Origin: Macrostomum lignano
Taxonomy: Eukaryota
DNA: 64,000 bases
Direction of reading: 5' to 3'
NCBI GenBank assembly: GCA_002269645.1
Contig: NIVC01001063.1
Coordinates: 62,001 to 126,000, forward strand
A program made the position numbers and the translations under genes. How positions within the stretch are numbered: the first letter of the stretch is position 1; the number at the start of each line of letters is the position of its first letter. Positions 59,568-64,000 of the stretch are shown one piece after another. The notes under the pieces are model-generated. The model did not search any database and had not been told where the DNA came from. It worked only from the letters and a program-made list of their open reading frames with translations.

Positions 59568-59856
59568 AGTAGTATGTAAATGTACGCTTCTAGATCAGAT
59601 CCTATTTAAACATGGGTATTTGAAGGGCTAAAGGGGGGGGGACACGGGGGTTTGATTTCTGATGGGTGGATTTGATTGGGTATGTTAATAGTGTTTTTGA
59701 TTTTTTGAGGCTATTGGTGGGTATTGGGGGTGTTAGTGGTGCTGTTTAGTGTCTTAATGTGTTTTTTTGATTCCCCCCCGTGTCCCCCCTCTAGCCCTTC
59801 AAATGTGCTGTTTAATTTGTGCCTCTGGGTCTAGAAGCGTACATTTACATATTACT
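59568..59856. mobile_element. 289-bp TIR element (MITE-like) with AGTAGT...ATTACT ends
   Basis: About 85-bp imperfect TIRs (AGTAGTATGTAAATGTACGCTTCTAGA...GAAGGGCTA.AGGGGGGGACACGGGG). Abuts the pPolB copy 2 C-terminus. Confidence 0.8.
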
Positions 59857-61336
59857 AATACCTCTTATCATCAAATGGATTTAGTGTTTTTTATCAGTCT
59901 CAATAACAAACATTTTATGTTGATCTGAATTTAATCGATATTGTAGTGCATGATATTTTTCAATTGTGTTAAGGTAATCTAATAGTACGTTTTTATAATC
60001 ATCAAAAGTTATCTTTTTAACTGCTGCTCTTGAAACCCCTTTTATTTTTTAATTTCCCCCTCCTGTCCTAAAACTTTAAATGCATAGCATTTTGATCTTA
60101 TTGCTATAAACTCGGTTATGATTTTGCTATTTAATTCATCTTTCATTTTAAGTACAACTTTCTTATTTTTATTTGATTTTAGAGGATGATTATCGGGGTA
60201 ATCACATGTATCTAATGTATCTTGAATTGTTTCCATATCTTTATAGACATTGAACCTTTGGTTCGCGGGCTGTGCCCGATCGTCAGTTTCAACCTTAAAT
60301 ACCAAACTGTCGGTGTCTGCATTTATTGGATAGTTATCTGGCCAAGTTTTATTTATAACATCATAATAATATTCATACATTACTAGCTTTGCATAATCTA
60401 AAACAACCATTCCAATAAAGATTGGTTTAAGAAATTTTGTTGTTTTATTTCTCATATGAATTCCCATAAATTCATCATCAAATTTTATAAAGTCTTTAAA
60501 GTTTGGTTTTGTAAAATATTTCTTTGCTTTTTCAATGTCCTTTTCTAAATGGAATTGATTTTTATCTCTAATATTTTCAACTGTTTTTCCATAAAATGCA
60601 TTGTTCATTAATTTCCAATAATCTTTCTCAAAAGTTGTTTTTAACATCTGTCTCTGATTTGAATTAAAGTCAATGTATTTAGCCAACCAATCATCCTCAA
60701 TAAATGAGATTGTTCGATGTACTTTGGTTACTTTTAGTCCTTGCTTTTCATAAAATTGTAGAAGGTTATAATGCACTACATAGTTTTTCTTATCGAATAA
60801 ATTTAGAATTAACTTTTTTGTTGCTAAGTGTTTTGAATTGTCTGCTTTGAGATAATCTTTTTGTGTTTCTGATAGTTCATCTTCCTTAACTGAACAATGC
60901 TCTGGAGCTAGTGGATATTTATATGTTTTTGCTTTTGCTTACCGACTATATTCTAAATCTACTTCCACAATGCATCCCCTTCCTTTGGAAATGTTTTTAT
61001 AATAATTGGGATCATCTTCCCATTGGAAATCGGCAATTGGTAATTTTTGTTTCATGCAGCCTCCATATAAATTGTTTGCATCTAGATATAATACATATGA
61101 TGATTTCTGTTTTTTATTAGAATTTGGTAAATATTTATTGTTTACTTTAGTATATCTATCTCCTAAAACCCCAGAGAATCCGCCGCGAATTCCTCGCTCA
61201 ATCATTAACAACATATCATGATCAGTTAGCAAATCAATTTTCACATCTGTATATTTCAATCCGCATGCCCATGTTAATCCGGGTGCACTAAAGCAATAGG
61301 CGGGATCAATTTTAAAATTCTCATATGTATGATTAT

Positions 61337-61507
61337 TGTAATGACTCAGACTAGCTATTTAGTTTGGCGAGAGAAAACGATGCACTTAAATGAGCCGACT
61401 GCTCAATTCAATATATTTATAGGCACGAGAGCATTGCGTAATAAGAGTATTGCTACGAGTTAGTTCATCGACCAAGCCAAGTACATTATTACCGCGCAGA
61501 GCGTACA
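61337..61507. mobile_element. Solo LTR, 171 bp, 5-bp TSD
   Basis: TGTA...TACA termini. TSD ATTAT at 61332-61336 and 61508-61512. Absent from pPolB copy 1. Confidence 0.85.
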
Positions 61508-63008
61508 ATTATAAAGTTTTCAAAAGCATCAGCTAATAGGAGAACATCTGCTTTAAGATAGATGTTATGATAATCTTTAAATGTTTTACAATTAAAATAG
61601 TTCCATTCTTTTTTTGCATGTTCATAAACCGATTCAGTTGTATTTGATTGTGATAGTATTGAATAAAACTTTTCAATTGGGGTTAGTTGAGTATCATTAA
61701 ATACCTTTTCAGATGATACATATTCATATGGATATACACCCTTGCGAGTTAATAGTATTAGTTCTTCCTCGGACAGTTTTTCTTTTTTAAATTTATTCAA
61801 TAGAATTGGAAAGTTTTTCTTTACTGTTTCTAAATCCATTGGGGTTGGAACTAATGAGGAAACAACATTAGCTAGTGAGGTTGATAAGAATCTCAAGGAA
61901 TCTAGAAAAACTAGGTGGAATTTTTTTTACCATACGTTATTGAAATGTAATTTTCTGATGTTTTTAGTAAAATATTTACTTCATATTCATCTTTACCTAA
62001 ATGTAGCAATTCGCAAACAAGGAAATGAAAATCATAACCAGAATCATTATAAAAATACTGGTATTTCCTCACATCCTTTTCCTTCTTTTGCGTTGCATGA
62101 TCTGCATGCTGCCCCGCGATAATTTCCCGTTAGATGACAATGTTCTAGTATCTTATTTTTCTTATTTAACTCTCTGTTGCATAGAAAACAATTTGTTGCA
62201 TTCTTGTAATTATCTCTATCCTTTTTAGTCATATTTATCTCCTTTGATAGTTCTTCATATTGACATTGGATTTGCTCAAATATTGTTACTAATGTTTCTG
62301 CCATGTGTTTGCCTGAGTCACTACCAAAATGAGTAAATGTCCTCGATTTAAAAACATTATCTGCTACGGAGTCTACATATATACAATAACTATTTGGAAA
62401 CTGCTGCGCCAAATTTTTGTGTTTTCAGTTGTTTCTTGTTGTTTGTGGTATTCGAGGGGAATATTTGTTGCTTCAAAATCGGCATATATTACAATTTTGC
62501 CGATTTTTGTCATTGTATTTTTTTGATTTTTGATACAATGTTTTTCATCCTCATACTTTGTATAATTAGATATTCTTTCGGGATGTGATGTTACTTGTTC
62601 ATGGTACTTATAAATTAGTAAACACCATAATAAACACTTATTATCCATATTCTTGGGGTTTATAATTTTTGGAGATTTAAATCCTAAAAGCAGGTGTGAT
62701 ATTCCTTTAAGAATTTCTATGGGAACAATCTTTACTGTGGATGAATTACAAGAAACAAATACAAACCCTGATCCATTTTCTGTCATCTTATCTATCCATT
62801 CATCAAACTCTGCTTCTATCTGATCAAATTGATTGTCGTATGTTCCCATGGATAGAAGTGACTTATATGATTCTTGTGAAAAGGTATTTATTACTTCAAT
62901 TTCTGAATCTGCACTAATCATATTTGGTTTTTTAAATTCTGTTTCAATTTCTATTTTATACTTAATTGGTTGTCGTTTGTTATTTGGCCTCATAGTATAT
63001 CTATCTAG

Positions 63009-63451
63009 TGTGACGAGTTTATTTAGTTCGAGAACATGGGACTAATGCGCGTGCGCGTGCTGAGTCTTAGTTTTAATCTTTTCCTAGGCGTATTATTAAT
63101 TTAACAGCTCAATTGCTAGTCTGGATAATGGCGGGTAGGTCAGAAACGGTATGGCAATGCCAACTATTTACCAAAGGGTAATCTGAGACGTTAATATAAT
63201 GCTACTGCCGCCAAGCCTACGGGAGCTAAGACCACACACCGCGCGCGAGCAATCACACAAAAACTATCAAGAAGCAAATTTGAATAACCGCACTAATTGA
63301 AAATTAGATAAACAAAATTAAACTAAATGGGAAAGTAACTTAAAAATAGTTATAAAAATTAGACCAAAATAAATATAGTTTTAAATATTAATTGCAAAAA
63401 AACCTTAAATACGAAATTGAACATTTTCAATACAGAAGTGACGACGTTACA
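63009..63451. mobile_element. Solo LTR, 443 bp, 4-bp TSD (gypsy-type)
   Basis: TGTGACG...CGTTACA termini. TSD CTAG at 63005-63008 and 63452-63455. The empty site matches copy 1 (CTATCCAGTATGG). Confidence 0.9.
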
Positions 63452-63709
63452 CTAGTATGGACTTTAATTTTTCTTTCATTTGTTTAAAATATTCTTTATC
63501 AGCTGTATTTATTCCAATATCTGTATTTAGTACTTCAGCCCCATTTGCTGGTGGTTGTTCGATTTTATCTAATTGTCTTTGTATATGTATCTGATTTTCT
63601 GCTCTAACTCTAGCTTCTATTTCTGCCCTTTCGGCCATTAGCTGTGCTTCTATTTGAGCTCTAAGTTCTGGGTTGTCGATTTGGGCTAAAAGAGCTTCCA
63701 TTTTATAGA

Positions 63710-64000
63710 ATAAAATTTAGATAATATTTGACCCTTGCTTTTTTTAATTTTGTGTTTTATTGGTCTAGACCTTCCCCACTGGAACCTATTCGAGTTCCGC
63801 TTTTGGTAACAGCAATCCGCTGCCCGAAACGTTTGCATTTAAAAAGATGCCTGATCCTGCTTTTGGTCTCATTTCAAGATATAGTCCACTTCCATCATGT
63901 TTTTCAATTATATTAAAATCATTTCCCAATTTATTCAAAATCTTTTGAACAGCTGGCAAGTGAAGTGGCCTAAAGTTGGCTCCAATATTGTCAAAAAATC
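63710..64000 (-). pseudogene. 3' part of a second copy of the GG-LP/GxG core-like gene
   Basis: Clearly homologous to 51660-51940 (GATATAGTCC.CTTCCAT, AAAAAGATGCCTGA, GGCCTAAAGTTGGCTCC). Runs off the window. Confidence 0.85.

Larger units (their letters stand above)
59858..63701 (-). pseudogene. pPolB copy 2, more decayed: two solo-LTR insertions and an internal deletion
   Basis: Colinear and highly similar to copy 1 (YLDANNLYG, KLMNNAFYG, PFDDKRY). Lacks about 400 bp present at about 50500-50930 in copy 1. Confidence 0.95.
41000..64000. mobile_element. Endogenous Polinton/Maverick-like virus region (decayed, with two pPolB-core blocks); accessory flank probably extends left to about 36 kb
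   Basis: Co-located MCP, minor capsid, packaging ATPase and pPolB. Intronless, densely packed AT-rich genes in contrast to the host half. Termini not identified. Confidence 0.88.

Overview
Eukaryotic (animal) genomic DNA in two parts. About 1-33 kb is host-gene territory. It has GC-rich exons and introns/UTRs filled with unrelated minisatellites, a style reminiscent of a flatworm such as Macrostomum (inference only). I can build five spliced gene models with phase-consistent GT-AG junctions: a GT31 beta-1,3-glycosyltransferase with an in-frame coding minisatellite, a Boule/DAZ-family RRM gene, an intact two-intron Tc1-like DD35E transposase with no visible TIRs, a pterin-4a-carbinolamine dehydratase (PCBD), and a 13-exon, about 1000 aa N-terminal-TM coiled-coil gene (EVC/EVC2-like). 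This part also holds a tRNA-derived SINE with a 13-bp TSD, hAT MITEs and a Tc1/IS630 deletion derivative. About 36-64 kb is an endogenous Polinton/Maverick-like virus region. It carries a double-jelly-roll major capsid, a minor capsid, an A32-like packaging ATPase, GG-LP/GxG-motif core-like proteins and two decayed copies of protein-primed PolB. It has been invaded by a very young Ty3/gypsy element, two solo LTRs and a 289-bp AGTAGT-terminated TIR element. The most novel-looking part is the accessory cassette beside the capsid module: three tandem paralogous double-RING (C3HC4 x2) proteins sharing a WP(L/I)P C-terminal domain, plus an orphan Eco47II-like PD-(D/E)xK nuclease. All family assignments come from motif recognition; no searches were run. 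Many frameshifts lie in homopolymers and could be assembly errors.
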